Virus record (IMG/VR): IMGVR_UViG_3300017971_000292
DNA from: a virus
Strand: one strand, 5' to 3'
DNA length: 64,000 bases
The translations under genes and the position numbers were made by a program. Shown in pieces: positions 36,451-48,300 of this stretch. The first letter of the stretch is position 1. Each line of letters opens with the position of its first letter. Under the pieces are notes generated by a model. The model saw only the letters and a list, made by a program, of their open reading frames with translations. It was not told where the DNA came from and made no database searches.

Positions 36451-38634
36451 ATGGCTACTGTGTCGACTCATTTCAAAGCGGACTTGACGAACATCATGCC
36501 GGTGGACGCCACGGCAGGACCCCTTTATAGGTGGTCGTTCGCCGATTTCTTCAACTCTGTTTTGATCGCCCAGAACACGATCACGCCGCATTACTGGCCG
36601 GGCTCAGGGGTAGCCAAGCCAATCCCAGGCCTGTACGATGACTCTGCCTGGGCGGGCGTTGAGGTTGTCGGCGGCCACGCCGTTCTCTGGCGTGGAAACA
36701 TCCTCAAAGCATCGGCAACCAATGACTTCACGACCTGGATCCCGATCTCAGCAACAGCGTCAACCGCGCGGGGTGCGATCAAAAACGACTTCACCCAGCC
36801 GGCAGCGGGCGCAGAAACCCCGTGGATCACGCTCGACGATCCTGACGACCTCTTTGCCGTCGGACAGTTCGCGCGCATCGATCTCGACGCGGGAACCAGT
36901 TCCGCAATCTACAGCTACTACGAGGTTGCCGACGTCTCAAACCAGGCAGGGTCCAGCGCAACCCATGCCGAGTGGGCGGTTACCATTGCCGCTGACGAAA
37001 CTGCGCAGCTCGCGTTCCAGGAGCTTGGGGTTGAGTTCCAGACGGACGGCTTCCTCGCGGTCAACGGCGTCGTCACGGATCTCCAGATCGAAGATACGCG
37101 AGCCATTACCTCCTTCTCTACGGCCATCACTGCCGACGTCGTAGTCCCCACTATCAACCAGACGACCAAGTTCAATTTGACCGCCTCCGGCCCGGAGGTA
37201 GGGGATCTGATCTCCGTATCCTCGGTCGAGGGCGCGCCGTTCCGTGACCTGTACAAAGTGACAGCCGTTGACGGAGTGGAGGTGACGGCGCGTCGCCTCG
37301 GCCTGGGGACCAACCAGAAGTCGACAGGGACGTATACAGCCACGTCGCCGGTCTACTACGTTACGCTCACCCCGTGGATGGAGGTTAAGAACCTCGGGAG
37401 CTCTTCGGTTATCGTTAGCTCCGAGGCGGACCTCGGGGGCGTGAGCGCAGTCAAGCTGAAGAACCTCGGGTACACTGGCTCCGCCGATCCCGGGGACATT
37501 ATCCCTGCAGGTTCGATCCTCGACTCGATGACCGCCAACTCAGCGGCTGAGATCATTAACGCTGGCTCGGACATCAATGGCGAGATCTTCGCTGTGACGA
37601 CCATCGGGGAATACGGCTACATCCTCAAGAATCTGTCGATTCAATCGATGCAGCTCGTCGACGCGCCAGGCATCCCCTTTGCGATACGCTTGGAGGTCCC
37701 GGGCATCGGGCCGATTGCGAGGAATGCATGGTGCCAGATGCATGTCCAGAACCAAGTCCAGGGCGTGTTCTTTGTTGGTAAGAACGATCTGTTCGTCTAC
37801 TCAGGCGGCCAGGTGGTTACCCCAATCGGTCGCCAGCACACGACGCAGTTCTTCAACGAGCTTGACCGTGGCCGCGCGGACGAGATCACCTGCCAACAGT
37901 TCCCCCACCTGCGCCAGGTGTGGGTAGCATACCCGCAGATTGGCACTGTCGTTAAGCGCGTACTGATCTATAATTTTGAGGACAATTCGGTCACGCTCGA
38001 CGACTACTCAGCAGCTCTTGGAGGAATCTCCTCCCTCGGACTTGTTGATTGGGAGTTAGCTCCAACATGGAATGACCTTGAAGACACCCAGATTTGGAGC
38101 ACCGAGACTTTGCGATGGTTCGAGTACGTTGACGACGGAGAAAAGCAATACGTACTTGTTGGAGTCAAGGCCGACGTTCCGAATGAGGAGATCGGAGATG
38201 ACCCCACAAGCGAGGGCGTACCTCGACTCCTTGTGCATGGGCGAGTCTTTTACCGACTTAGCTCGGCAGATTGCCGAGGGGATCACGAAGGAGGCTATAC
38301 GTGCCTTGCAGAGACTCACGATTACGATTTCGGTGCTCCCGCGAATTTTAAGTATACGGATCACGTCGAACTCGCTATCGATACTGACGGAACTGATCTC
38401 GGCGTTCCCAGCCTCCTGTATGTCCAGCTTGGAGGCCGAAGTAACCTCGACGACGAGATCCGATGGTCAGACCCTACTCCGATTGACACGCGTGGACGAC
38501 GCAACTGGACGACCAAGGTCGGTATTCGACAGTCTGGCCGCTTCATCCGCATGCGCGTCTACTCAACTGACCCCGGAGCGCAGTGGAAGATCTCACGCTA
38601 CACCATCGTCGGACGTCTCGGCGGAACCTACTAA
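36451..38634 (+). CDS. Large virion structural protein, tail tube/baseplate or fibre-like (727 aa)
   Basis: Long ORF in the morphogenesis block. Assignment is by position only, with no motif-level support. Confidence 0.55.
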   Translation: MATVSTHFKADLTNIMPVDATAGPLYRWSFADFFNSVLIAQNTITPHYWPGSGVAKPIPGLYDDSAWAGVEVVGGHAVLWRGNILKASATNDFTTWIPISATASTARGAIKNDFTQPAAGAETPWITLDDPDDLFAVGQFARIDLDAGTSSAIYSYYEVADVSNQAGSSATHAEWAVTIAADETAQLAFQELGVEFQTDGFLAVNGVVTDLQIEDTRAITSFSTAITADVVVPTINQTTKFNLTASGPEVGDLISVSSVEGAPFRDLYKVTAVDGVEVTARRLGLGTNQKSTGTYTATSPVYYVTLTPWMEVKNLGSSSVIVSSEADLGGVSAVKLKNLGYTGSADPGDIIPAGSILDSMTANSAAEIINAGSDINGEIFAVTTIGEYGYILKNLSIQSMQLVDAPGIPFAIRLEVPGIGPIARNAWCQMHVQNQVQGVFFVGKNDLFVYSGGQVVTPIGRQHTTQFFNELDRGRADEITCQQFPHLRQVWVAYPQIGTVVKRVLIYNFEDNSVTLDDYSAALGGISSLGLVDWELAPTWNDLEDTQIWSTETLRWFEYVDDGEKQYVLVGVKADVPNEEIGDDPTSEGVPRLLVHGRVFYRLSSADCRGDHEGGYTCLAETHDYDFGAPANFKYTDHVELAIDTDGTDLGVPSLLYVQLGGRSNLDDEIRWSDPTPIDTRGRRNWTTKVGIRQSGRFIRMRVYSTDPGAQWKISRYTIVGRLGGTY

Positions 38635-39251
38635 TGAGTAATGGCAACCAACTACCCAATCAACCTCGGAAGAGGAGTCACAGAGACACCCCGGCGGAGC
38701 CGGAGCCGGCCAATGCGGGTGGAGGAGAAACAGGACTGGGAGGCCCAGGACCGGGCGATCCGGGAGATCGTGAAGGAGCTGGAGTACCTGCGCAAAGCGG
38801 TGAAGGAGCTCCAGGACGCGCAAACGTAACCGTCCCCTACGAGGTTACAAAGGCACTGCGATTGATCACAAGTGGCGACGAAAACGCACACTCTTTTCTC
38901 TGCTGCCTCTACGCGTGGTTCCACCAGATCGATGACCTCATCGATAAAGATAAGCCCCTGGAGGTAGCCGACATCGTGCGGGTCCAGATGGGGCTGATGC
39001 ACACGCTGACGTTCAATGAGTTTTGGGCCGTCCATAAACAAGTCCTATGGCCAATTGTCCATACGTCGATTATGGCGTACTGGGAGAGCGAAGTGTTGCG
39101 CGGAACGGACGTTCTGCAAAATAAGATGGTCGGCCACGTCCTGAAGAGCCAATACCAGGACATCGCGTACGCTGTGGCGTTCGTCGTCGGGGGCATGGCG
39201 CACGAGATGAAGTGCCGCCGGTTGCTGCGCTACGCGGATTTCGATAATTGA
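38583..39251 (+). CDS. Hypothetical protein (frame of the 222-aa ORF; true start uncertain and likely within 38830..38990)
   Basis: The C-terminal ~140 aa are protein-like (WFHQIDDLIDKDKPLEVADIVRVQMGLMHT...). The N-terminal part overlaps two other genes. Confidence 0.35.
   Translation: MEDLTLHHRRTSRRNLLMSNGNQLPNQPRKRSHRDTPAEPEPANAGGGETGLGGPGPGDPGDREGAGVPAQSGEGAPGRANVTVPYEVTKALRLITSGDENAHSFLCCLYAWFHQIDDLIDKDKPLEVADIVRVQMGLMHTLTFNEFWAVHKQVLWPIVHTSIMAYWESEVLRGTDVLQNKMVGHVLKSQYQDIAYAVAFVVGGMAHEMKCRRLLRYADFDN
38641..38829 (+). CDS. Small hypothetical protein (62 aa)
   Basis: ORF track. Confidence 0.4.
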   Translation: MATNYPINLGRGVTETPRRSRSRPMRVEEKQDWEAQDRAIREIVKELEYLRKAVKELQDAQT

Positions 39252-39283
39252 CTTTATCCTAAGTGTGACGTAGGATAAAGTGT

Positions 39284-39730
39284 ATGAAGAGTCCACAACA
39301 GAAATGGGCGGAGAGAAACCGCGAGAAGTGTAACGAAGACCAGCGTCGGCGTTACCGCGACGACCCAGAAGTTGCCCAAAGGAGCCGCGACGCAACGCGG
39401 AGGTGGCGGGAACGGAATAAGGAACGCCGGGCGGAGTACGCCAGGAAGTATCTCTTGGACCGCAAGTACGGCCTGACCACTGAAGACTGGGATCGTATGT
39501 GGGCGGCCCAGAAGGGGCGTTGCGGTATATGCGGCTGCAAGATGAAGCGTGGTGTCACGAGTCGGGTGCCTGGTGCTGCGGTGGTTGATCACTGCCATAA
39601 GAACGGCGAGGTCCGACAACTCCTTTGTACGAATTGCAACAAGACGCTCGGACTCATCGAAAACCATGCACTCGGAGCCGATGAGTTCATGGACAGGGTC
39701 CGCAGCTATCTCGTTGACCACCAGGGGTAA
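39284..39730 (+). CDS. Recombination endonuclease VII (T4 gp49-like HNH-fold resolvase)
   Basis: RCGICGC...VDHCHKNGEVRQLLCTNCNKTLG matches the Endonuclease_7 zinc and HNH signature. Confidence 0.8.
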   Translation: MKSPQQKWAERNREKCNEDQRRRYRDDPEVAQRSRDATRRWRERNKERRAEYARKYLLDRKYGLTTEDWDRMWAAQKGRCGICGCKMKRGVTSRVPGAAVVDHCHKNGEVRQLLCTNCNKTLGLIENHALGADEFMDRVRSYLVDHQG

Positions 39731-39761
39731 TCGAAGTATCCTGTTCTGAGGAGGTAGAAGA

Positions 39762-40445
39762 ATGAGCTTTTGCACAGGATCTGACCGTGTTTATCGCGAC
39801 CAACCACAAGTCGTGAACCCATACTCCGAGCAGGGCGAGCAGGCCCGGCGGGGTGTTCTCTCGGCTCTCGGGCCGGCAGCCGGACGCGCGACTCTCGCCG
39901 CCCGTCAAGCCGGCGGTCTTGCACGTCAAGGCGCGTACTCTCCTGGATGGGGAGAAGCGCAGACGCTTGCTCGAGAAACCATTGGAGGCCGGTACCTCGG
40001 ATCCAACCCATACCTCGAAAAGTCTTTAGCATCGTCCAGACGGGCCACTATGGGCCAGGCGGCTGACGTGGGCGGTCGGTTAGCCGATCAGTACTCACGG
40101 GCTGGTCTCGGTTTTTCGACCGCAAACCAGCAAGCACAACAAGGACAGATGGCAGCGACCGGAGCCCAGTTGTCGGCTCAAGAGGCCCAGGCCCGTCTGG
40201 CAAACTATCTCCAGGAACGGCAGAATCAACAGCAGGCGGTTCAAATGCTTCAGCAGGCGACCGCTACCCCGGCCCAGATGATGGCCGCCGTTCCTGGGCT
40301 TGAGATGCAGCCGGTCAGCCAGGCCGCGCAGATCGCGCAGGGACTTGGACAGGACCAAGTGACGGTTCCCGGCTCCGCAGTCGTCAAACAACCTGGCGCG
40401 CTCGATTACGGCATTGCCGCAATGGGAGCGATGCCCAACCTGTAA
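39762..40445 (+). CDS. Hypothetical Gln/Ala-rich protein (227 aa)
   Basis: GAGGAGG RBS. The sequence is low-complexity and Q/A-rich. Confidence 0.5.
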   Translation: MSFCTGSDRVYRDQPQVVNPYSEQGEQARRGVLSALGPAAGRATLAARQAGGLARQGAYSPGWGEAQTLARETIGGRYLGSNPYLEKSLASSRRATMGQAADVGGRLADQYSRAGLGFSTANQQAQQGQMAATGAQLSAQEAQARLANYLQERQNQQQAVQMLQQATATPAQMMAAVPGLEMQPVSQAAQIAQGLGQDQVTVPGSAVVKQPGALDYGIAAMGAMPNL

Positions 40446-40454
40446 GGAGAAGCC

Positions 40455-40964
40455 ATGCCAGTCGTTCAAGGAGCAGGAACAATTGGAGTGCCCGGGCTAC
40501 CGGCCAAGAACAAGCGTGGTCAGATGCAGACGAATATGGGCGGGACCAAAGGCCAGGGCGTCGTTGGTGGGAGTGGTCCCTACAAGTTCGGGCAGATGCT
40601 GCGCAACCCGTGGGCGAACGCTATTCAACCTGGGCTCACCGATCCGATGCAACAAGGCTGGGCTGACTTTAAGCAGGGGCTCGCTGGATCGCCGTATGAC
40701 CCGACAGCCGCTGGACTCCCGCCGTCCACCGCGATGGGCACTGGGGCCACACAAGTCCCGCAGGCGACGCAGGCCGTGCAGGCTATTGGCGGAGCCGGTG
40801 CAGTACCACCTGCAGCTGCCGGCGCAGCCGTTCCGGCGGTGACCGGCGCAGAGGTTTTGGGAACTGGTACAGCCGCTCAAGCGGCCCAAGCAGCGCAAGC
40901 CGCTCAAGCAGCGGGAGCAGCCGGTGGCGCTGGCGCGGGTGCCGCCGCAGTTGGACCTTGGTAA
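40455..40964 (+). CDS. Hypothetical Gly/Ala/Gln-rich protein (169 aa)
   Basis: AAGGAGAAGCCATG RBS. It has an AQAAQAAQAAGAAGGAGAGAAA tail. Confidence 0.5.
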   Translation: MPVVQGAGTIGVPGLPAKNKRGQMQTNMGGTKGQGVVGGSGPYKFGQMLRNPWANAIQPGLTDPMQQGWADFKQGLAGSPYDPTAAGLPPSTAMGTGATQVPQATQAVQAIGGAGAVPPAAAGAAVPAVTGAEVLGTGTAAQAAQAAQAAQAAGAAGGAGAGAAAVGPW

Positions 40965-40974
40965 GGAGGAAGAG

Positions 40975-42300
40975 ATGCCGACCTATTACGGATTAGCGCA
41001 ACAGGGCTTTTACGAGCCGTGGAAGATTCTTGGCGATAACCTCGCGAAGTACCAATCGCGTAAACTGGAGAAGCAGCGCATGGCGCAGCAACAGAGCCAG
41101 TTTGACGCTTCGCATGCACTGCGCCAGGCCGCTGAGGGGCGTGCCCAGGCCGCTGAGGGACGCGCGCAAAGCCTCTTTGACGTCCAGCTTCCGCCCATGC
41201 AGATCGCATCCCAGGAAGCGCAGCGTGCCCAGAAGGTGCGGGAACTCGGCCGACAGACGGCACTGAGCCCACAGCTCCAGCTGCCTTTAGCGCAATTGCC
41301 GCCGCAGGACCGGGAGGCAGTCTCCTCGATGTACAAACGGGCGATGCCTGACATCACGGCCCAGGAAATCGCTGGCGTCCAGCAACAGCAGGTTGCGGCT
41401 CCCGGGCTCGCGCCCGCTCCCGAAGGGATGCGTTACCTGAAGGTCGATATAGACCCAACGACTGGCCAGCCGACGGCGGCGACAGCAGCCCCTCGGGCAG
41501 TTGGCCCAGTCACCCCGCAGGTGCAGTTGGTGAATAACCCGCAGACGGGTGAGCCCATCGGTTCGATCATCAACATGACTGACCCGCAGACGGGTGAGAC
41601 CAAGCAGCAGTGGGTCGCTGACGCGGGCGACCAGGCCAAGGCGTTGACCGAGGCGCAGACGAATTCGACAATGCACTCCGGCCGGATGCTCTTCAATAAC
41701 GCGCTGTACGACATGGTCGGCGGTGACGCTGAAATGTCCAGTCGCGCCGCGACAGTCCTCAAGTTCATGCCCGAGAACTTCCGGTCGCAGGATCTGAAGG
41801 GCTCGATGGGTGCAATGGGCGGATTCATCACCAGCGTCCTGCGTCGGGAATCCGGTGCTGCGATCTCCAAAGATGAGTTCAAGCGGTACGCGCGGGAGTT
41901 CTTCCCGATGCCTGGGGATGGCCAAGACGTTGTCCTGCAAAAGCGGTACGCGCGTGCGTTGGCTACCGATCTGATGATCTCTTCAGCTGGTCCTGGTGCG
42001 CAGGGCGCACGGGATAATGCGGCTGCACGGCTGCAGGCGTTTGCGCAAGCCCAGGGCACACAAGTTCCTCCTGAAGTCCTCCAGGGGATCACAGGTGCGC
42101 TGAAGCAAGACGCCCCGGCAAGTGCAGTTAATGCGGTGGCTCAAGTATTGAACGAAGCGGCAAGCACACCTCGCCGGGTAACGTCGGCGGAGGAGGTTAT
42201 GGCGATGCCCTTGGGAGCCATCGGAATCGATGACAAAGGCAACCAGTTTATCATCCGAGAAATGAATGGTAAGCGGACGCCCGTACCCTTGGCCAGATAA
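40975..42300 (+). CDS. Hypothetical coiled-coil protein (~441 aa)
   Basis: TAAGGAGGAAGAGATG RBS (ORF track 40924..42300). It is Q/A-rich. It directly precedes the 2060-aa protein (TAATG overlap). Confidence 0.6.
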   Translation: MPTYYGLAQQGFYEPWKILGDNLAKYQSRKLEKQRMAQQQSQFDASHALRQAAEGRAQAAEGRAQSLFDVQLPPMQIASQEAQRAQKVRELGRQTALSPQLQLPLAQLPPQDREAVSSMYKRAMPDITAQEIAGVQQQQVAAPGLAPAPEGMRYLKVDIDPTTGQPTAATAAPRAVGPVTPQVQLVNNPQTGEPIGSIINMTDPQTGETKQQWVADAGDQAKALTEAQTNSTMHSGRMLFNNALYDMVGGDAEMSSRAATVLKFMPENFRSQDLKGSMGAMGGFITSVLRRESGAAISKDEFKRYAREFFPMPGDGQDVVLQKRYARALATDLMISSAGPGAQGARDNAAARLQAFAQAQGTQVPPEVLQGITGALKQDAPASAVNAVAQVLNEAASTPRRVTSAEEVMAMPLGAIGIDDKGNQFIIREMNGKRTPVPLAR

Positions 42301-45300
42301 TGCCCTTCGACGTCACCAAATCTTTTCCATCGATGACGCAGGGCCCCGATACGAAGTCGGGGTTCGACGTCACGTCCATGCCCAACTTCGGGTCGCAACC
42401 CTCAGGCAACTTCGACGTCACCAAGATGTATCAGCAGGGACAGCCTGTGGGACAACCTGGCGTTGACCGACCCTTGACTCAGGACGAGTTTAAGCAGCAA
42501 TGGCGGCGCGAGCAGGAGCGCGGGGTGCTCGACAAGACGATTGGTGCAGGCGTATCGTTCGCTACGGAAGGCGTTCCAGCGTTTGTCAAGTACGGGTGGG
42601 AGCAGGGCGTCGGCGCGATCAAGGAGATTCCCAAGCTGGCCACCCAGCCGTGGAAGGTGGGGTCAACTGCCGGGGAAGCCGCGTTGCGCGGGACATTCGA
42701 TTTTCTGAACATCGGTCGGATGCCCGTCGCCTGGGCCCGCGATAAGATGATCAAGGCGACCACCAACCTGGGGCCTGAGGGTGACATGCTGGTCGACTAC
42801 AACCGGTATCTGGAGAATTTCAAGACCATGAGGGTCCGGGAGCAGTTCGAGCGTGGCGGAGCCACAATGCTCGGATCGGTCCCACAGGCGCTCGGTGCGC
42901 AAGTTGGGATGGCTCTCCCTGAGACCAAGCTCCCTGAGACCATCGCTCCGGAGCAGCACGCCGCCGAGCTGGCCTCCATCGTCCTCGACCCCTCTCTGTT
43001 AGTGGGCGGAGTGGGCAAGGCTGCTGGTGCGTCCGCCAAGGCCTCCTCCCTGGCCGCCAGGACGGCCGCCAGGAGCCCGAGACTGGCGAGGGGTATGGAG
43101 ATCGCCTCCGGCTTCAAAGGCGCGTTAGGCGAGGACGTGGGCGCAGGGATCGCTAAGATGGGGCGTGGTGTTGAGCATGTCGGGAAGACCAAAGCAGCCC
43201 AGTTCGTCCAAAAAGCCACGCCAGCAGTAGTGGGTATGTCAGCGGTTGGTGCCGCAATGGGTGCTCCGATGGCCATCGCCGCCCCTATGGCTATGGCTTC
43301 AGCAGGACTCGCGTTCGCGAAACGCGGCGGGCAGATGCTTTCTGGACTCGGAGACGCCGTAAGCGCCTGGAGCCGGACAGAGCCCGGCCGTATCGCCCTC
43401 AACAGACTTCAGCAGGTGGCCCTCGACGAGGCTGCCCCGGAATGGTTGCGTCGGACGGCCCGGAGGGGCTCCAAAATGGGCCTGGGGCGCGGCCTGGAGG
43501 TCGCTCGTAACCTCAAACAGGCTGCCAAGGCCGGTACTGCAGTTGCAGCCATTCCCGCGCTTACAGGCACCTCTACGGCTGAGGAGGCCGGACAGATGAT
43601 GGGTATGGGTGCAGGATTTGGTGCACTCGGGCACGTTGTTATGAGCCCGGTGATGAGGGCTGGGACTCGCAGGGCGATGGAGGACGTTGATATTGCTTCC
43701 TGGCACAGCGGCCTGGACGAGGGCTCTAAGCACATCGTGAGCAAGCTCGACCGTGAGGGGATGCTCAAGGCGGCGACGCTCGAGGCGTTCATCAACTCTA
43801 TGCGCCCAACTGAAGAGGGCCCGGGAGTGCTCATCCGGTACGCTGACGACGATACCTGGGCCGCTATTACTGATCAGGAAGTGGGCCCGGCTGGCGTACA
43901 GGCCGTCGAGACTGTACTGGGCGGGGAGCGCCCGGCAGTCACGATCAACGTCGACCGGATGGCGGACACCACGCTCGGCCACGAAGTGTTCCATGCGCTG
44001 TCCCGCGATCCGCGCATCGTGGACCAGTCGAAGTTACGCAGCATGCTCTTTGACCAAATCCACCCGGAGACCGGGGAGGTTATGAGTACCGGGCTATTCG
44101 ACTCGAATACCCTGGCTGCCATGCGCGCCGATTACCTTGGAAAGTTCGACGCTGCGTCGGAGGCTGGACGCAAGATGCACCGAATGGCTGGCGAGCAGCC
44201 GACGAAGTTTGACAACCTCATACGTGAAGAGGTTACTGCCGAGTTGTTTGGTGCGATGCTTGGTAAGGCCGACAGTGGTGTCTTCCGCAATCTTGACTCG
44301 CTCACGCAGCGCAAGATCGACGCATGGCTGACGACAGGTGAGCCCCTCACTAAGCTGCAGGAGATGAAGAAGGCCATCGCCACGAAGCTTGGCCTGTACA
44401 AGACGCAAGAGGGGAACATCGGGTCCCACATCTACCCAGGTCTGGAGACCTCTCCGAAGATCACCGCTGAGCTCCGTAACATCATGCGGGCGCGCCTTGA
44501 CGTTTTCGGGGAGGGGGAAGCCACCGGTCCCCGTGTCCGAATCGGTGACGAGGGCAAGGAGGTCCATGCTGAGTTCGATGCGCGCGAGGTCGCCACTGAT
44601 CCCCGCCTGGCGGAGATTTTCAAGGATGCTGACGTTTGGCAGCGCAACGAGGACGGTACGGTCAAGATCGACGCGTACAATCGGCCGATGGTCCGCACCG
44701 CAAAACAGATGAAGCGAGTGGAGGCCCAGCGCGCTGAGCTGATGACCAAGACGCTCGAACAGGTTGACGTCGAAGAGCCAGGTGCGATGAAGTTGATCAT
44801 CTCCGACGACGGGACGCCCCGTTGGAGTGGACGCTATTTCACGGACCCGCAGATCGAGGCGCTGACAGCCGCTATGCCCGGTTGGATGTGGCCTCCGTCG
44901 ATGACTGATAAACTGCGGATGATCAACGAGGCGGCCAAGGTAGGCATGCCGCTGATGATGAACTACAACCCGGCGCTTCTCCGTAACAAGTACGCGAGTC
45001 GCCTGGGCATGACGCTGCGCATGGGCGTACCGTTGAAGATGGATATCACCAAGGCTGGTAACTTCGTGGTCACGACTGTTGACCTCGTCCACCTCCAAGA
45101 CAAGCTCGGGCGGTGGTGGGACGCTGACCAGAAGCTGAAGGACAAGGGGCAGCCGCCGAAGTACTTTAGGACCTTCGAGTCGTTAGAGGAGATTGACCAA
45201 CTGATCAAGACTTACCTGACGAACCACCAGGAGGGCCGCCCAGGGCAGACGGGGTTGCACGCGGACCCGAAGGTGGCGATGGAGCGAAAGCACATTCTGA

Positions 45301-48300
45301 ACGACTTGTTCAACATCCGCACAGATAAAACCGATCCACTGAACCCCCGAAGACTTTCCAGTGCGCGGAAGGAGAAGGACACGCTGATCCGCTCCCGCCG
45401 GTTTGACCGCATCAACAGCATTGAGCCCGCGAAGGGCGACCCTATGCCGCTCTCCTACGAGTCGCTGAAGATGAACTACCAGCCTGGTGCTGAAGATTTG
45501 GCCGTGAGTGCGGCCAAAGAAGCTCCCGAGCCCTCTCAGGCTCGAGGGCTTGCAGAGGACGCGGGAGTCTCGCCAAAGCCACCCGGTGAGACTCCCGGCA
45601 CCTCCTCTCCGTTCGGTGAGGCCGCTGGTCAGAGAAGCACGAAGGGCTACTACAAAGGCTTTACCGACTCGGAGAAATTCGGGATTCCTGATGAGTGGAA
45701 AGAGCCCGGGCAGATGTTTATGAAGTTCCAACCGGGTGAGAAACCCGGACTCCCGAAGCAAGAAATTTCCTCGAAGGCTACGAGCCTCGAACAGGTCCCG
45801 GCCAAGGCTTTCTACGGCACCGTGAAGTTCCCGGAGGGCGCGCGCAACGCCGATATAGGGGCGGGCAAATCCGAGCTATTCACTGAGTACCTCAAGGAGC
45901 GTGGCGTCGAGAACCTCCGCTACGACCGCTTCTGGCAGAAGCCGGAGGAGGTCGCTGCGTTCGCCAAGGCGATCAAGGATCCGACTGAGACGGCGACCGT
46001 CAACAACGTCCTGAACGTGATCAAAGAGCCGGCTCCGCGAGACTATGTCATTCGCCAGGCTGCGGCGGCTATCAAGGCTGACGGCACGGCCTACTTCAAG
46101 ATTTACGAGGGGGACGGGACTGGGAAGGGTAAGGAGACCGCCAAGGGCTACCAGAACAACCGGAAGGCCACCGATTATGTAAAGGAGATTGAACAACACT
46201 TCTCCGAAGTCACCCGCAAGGGCGATGTGCTTATCGCAACGAAGCCGAAGGCCCAGGGGATTATCGGTCAAGACATCATGTTCCAGCCCGGCGCGGAGCC
46301 GGAGAAGATTACGCACGCTGCGTTACGCGTCCCCGATAACGAGGGCGGATTCAACATCTACGTCGGGCCCCAGCACTTCGTGGCTATCGCCAAGGCGAGC
46401 CGTGACATGAAGCTGACCTCCGATTTCATTATGGACAAGATGGGCGAGATCGACGGATTCGTGACCGACAAGGGTCGGTTCGTCAGCCGCCAGGAAGCTT
46501 ACCGGCTTCACTACGGTGAGGAGAAGGCCGGGGTGCTCGATTCAGGTGACGTACCCGCCCTGAAGGAACGGGCGAAAACGGAGACCGTGCGAGACGTGCT
46601 GGTCGGTGACGTTCCGTCCAACCCCTACATCGTACAACGCGAGGCACGCAATACGGTGATGAACAAGAAGCGTCCGAGTACCTTCTTGCCAGATGGGGGC
46701 GGGAACGCGGTAGTTGGCGGCGACGTGAGATACTCTCCTGGATCAGTAGACGCTTGGGCCAAACGCCTCCGCAAGGCCAAAGACGCGTTGCGCGTGTACG
46801 GCAAAGACGGTGTCGAGCAGATCATCAAAGCAGCTGAGGCTACCCGCAAGGTTATGGCCCCCTTCTCCAAGTTCCTCGGGGAAGAGCTTAAAGGCAGCCC
46901 GTTGCGTGAGAACGCAGACCCGCTGTTCACCACCACTTTCGACCTGTCTACGGTTTGCCCGCAGCAGGATCTCTACGTCGCTGCAGTCGGCCACGTAGAA
47001 GCTAAGATGGGCCGCATCCTCGCCCCGCACGAGCGTTACGCCGTCGGCCTGGTCCTCCAGGACATGGGGCAGGACACCGCTTGCTGGTACTGCTACGGGC
47101 AGATCAAGCGGGACATCCGTGAGAAGGGGATGGGTGACGCTGTTGACTTCAACAACAAACTCGTGACGCTCGCGCGCAAGAAGAAGGGAAAGCTGACGAC
47201 CGAAGATGTGCAGTCTCTGACGCACCGCCCAATTGAGTTCCCTATCGACCCCAAGAAGAAGGTTCCCGAGGACGCCAAGGTTGCTGCGCTACCCGGCCGC
47301 AAGTTTACCCGCTTAGCCGCGTTCTTCCTGAATAACCCGAAGAGCCTCACTAAGATGGATCCGCTGCGCGTGCGCGACATCATCCGGGGCAAGGCTACAG
47401 CCACTCCGAAAGAGGCCGCGTTCATCAAGACTGTAGACCGCTACACGGCTTCTGCATTCAAGGAGAACAAGCCCAAGGGGTGGAGCCCCTATACGGATCA
47501 GATCGCGACGATGCGGCAGGAGGACGTAGACCTCTTCAACTCGATGGCCGGCATGCGGATGAACAGTCAGACGGACTTCCGGCCCTGGCACGTTCTGGAT
47601 CTCATGCAGGGGATGGCCGACGCACGGGCCCGTGGCCTGGCCTGGCACGTCTATACGAAGACCCCCGACTTCCTCAACGTCTTTGGCGACACGGGCATCA
47701 AGTTCAACATGTCCGTCGAGTACGCCCACGACGCGAGTGGTAACCCGGTGCCCCGGTCGGCCGAGGGCGGCGGAGCCGGCTACAAGTTCAACGACATGGA
47801 GGGGATGCCCGATGCTGACGCTCTCCGGCTCCGCGAAGAGCACGCCGAGAACGCCGGGACCATGCTGATGGCTTTCAACCCGAAAGAGGTTGAGCTCGGG
47901 ATGGCCGACCCCAACGTCGACATGATCATCCCCTACCACAAAGGTGGGGTGCCACAGAAGATCGAAGCGCAGGTCAAGGGCGTGGATATGTCGGCTATGC
48001 AGCACGAACATTTCCCTGATGGTTGGGGGAAACCCCGGGACGTTTACATGGGGCGCGGCAAGACCAAGAAGCTGCAGGCGATGGATGTCAAGCTCTCCGA
48101 CGGCTCGACAGTCGAGATCGTGAAGGGCCGCCCGATCACCCGCAGGGAGCACAAGAACAGCAAGAAACGCTATCTGGAGATCTGCGAGAAGGCGGGCATC
48201 ACACCCAAGTTCGAGAAGTGGAAGAGCCACCCCGGCTACATGAAGCTTATCCGAGACGTGGCCCGAGAGCCCGGAAAGCAGTCCCCGGTGGACCCCAACA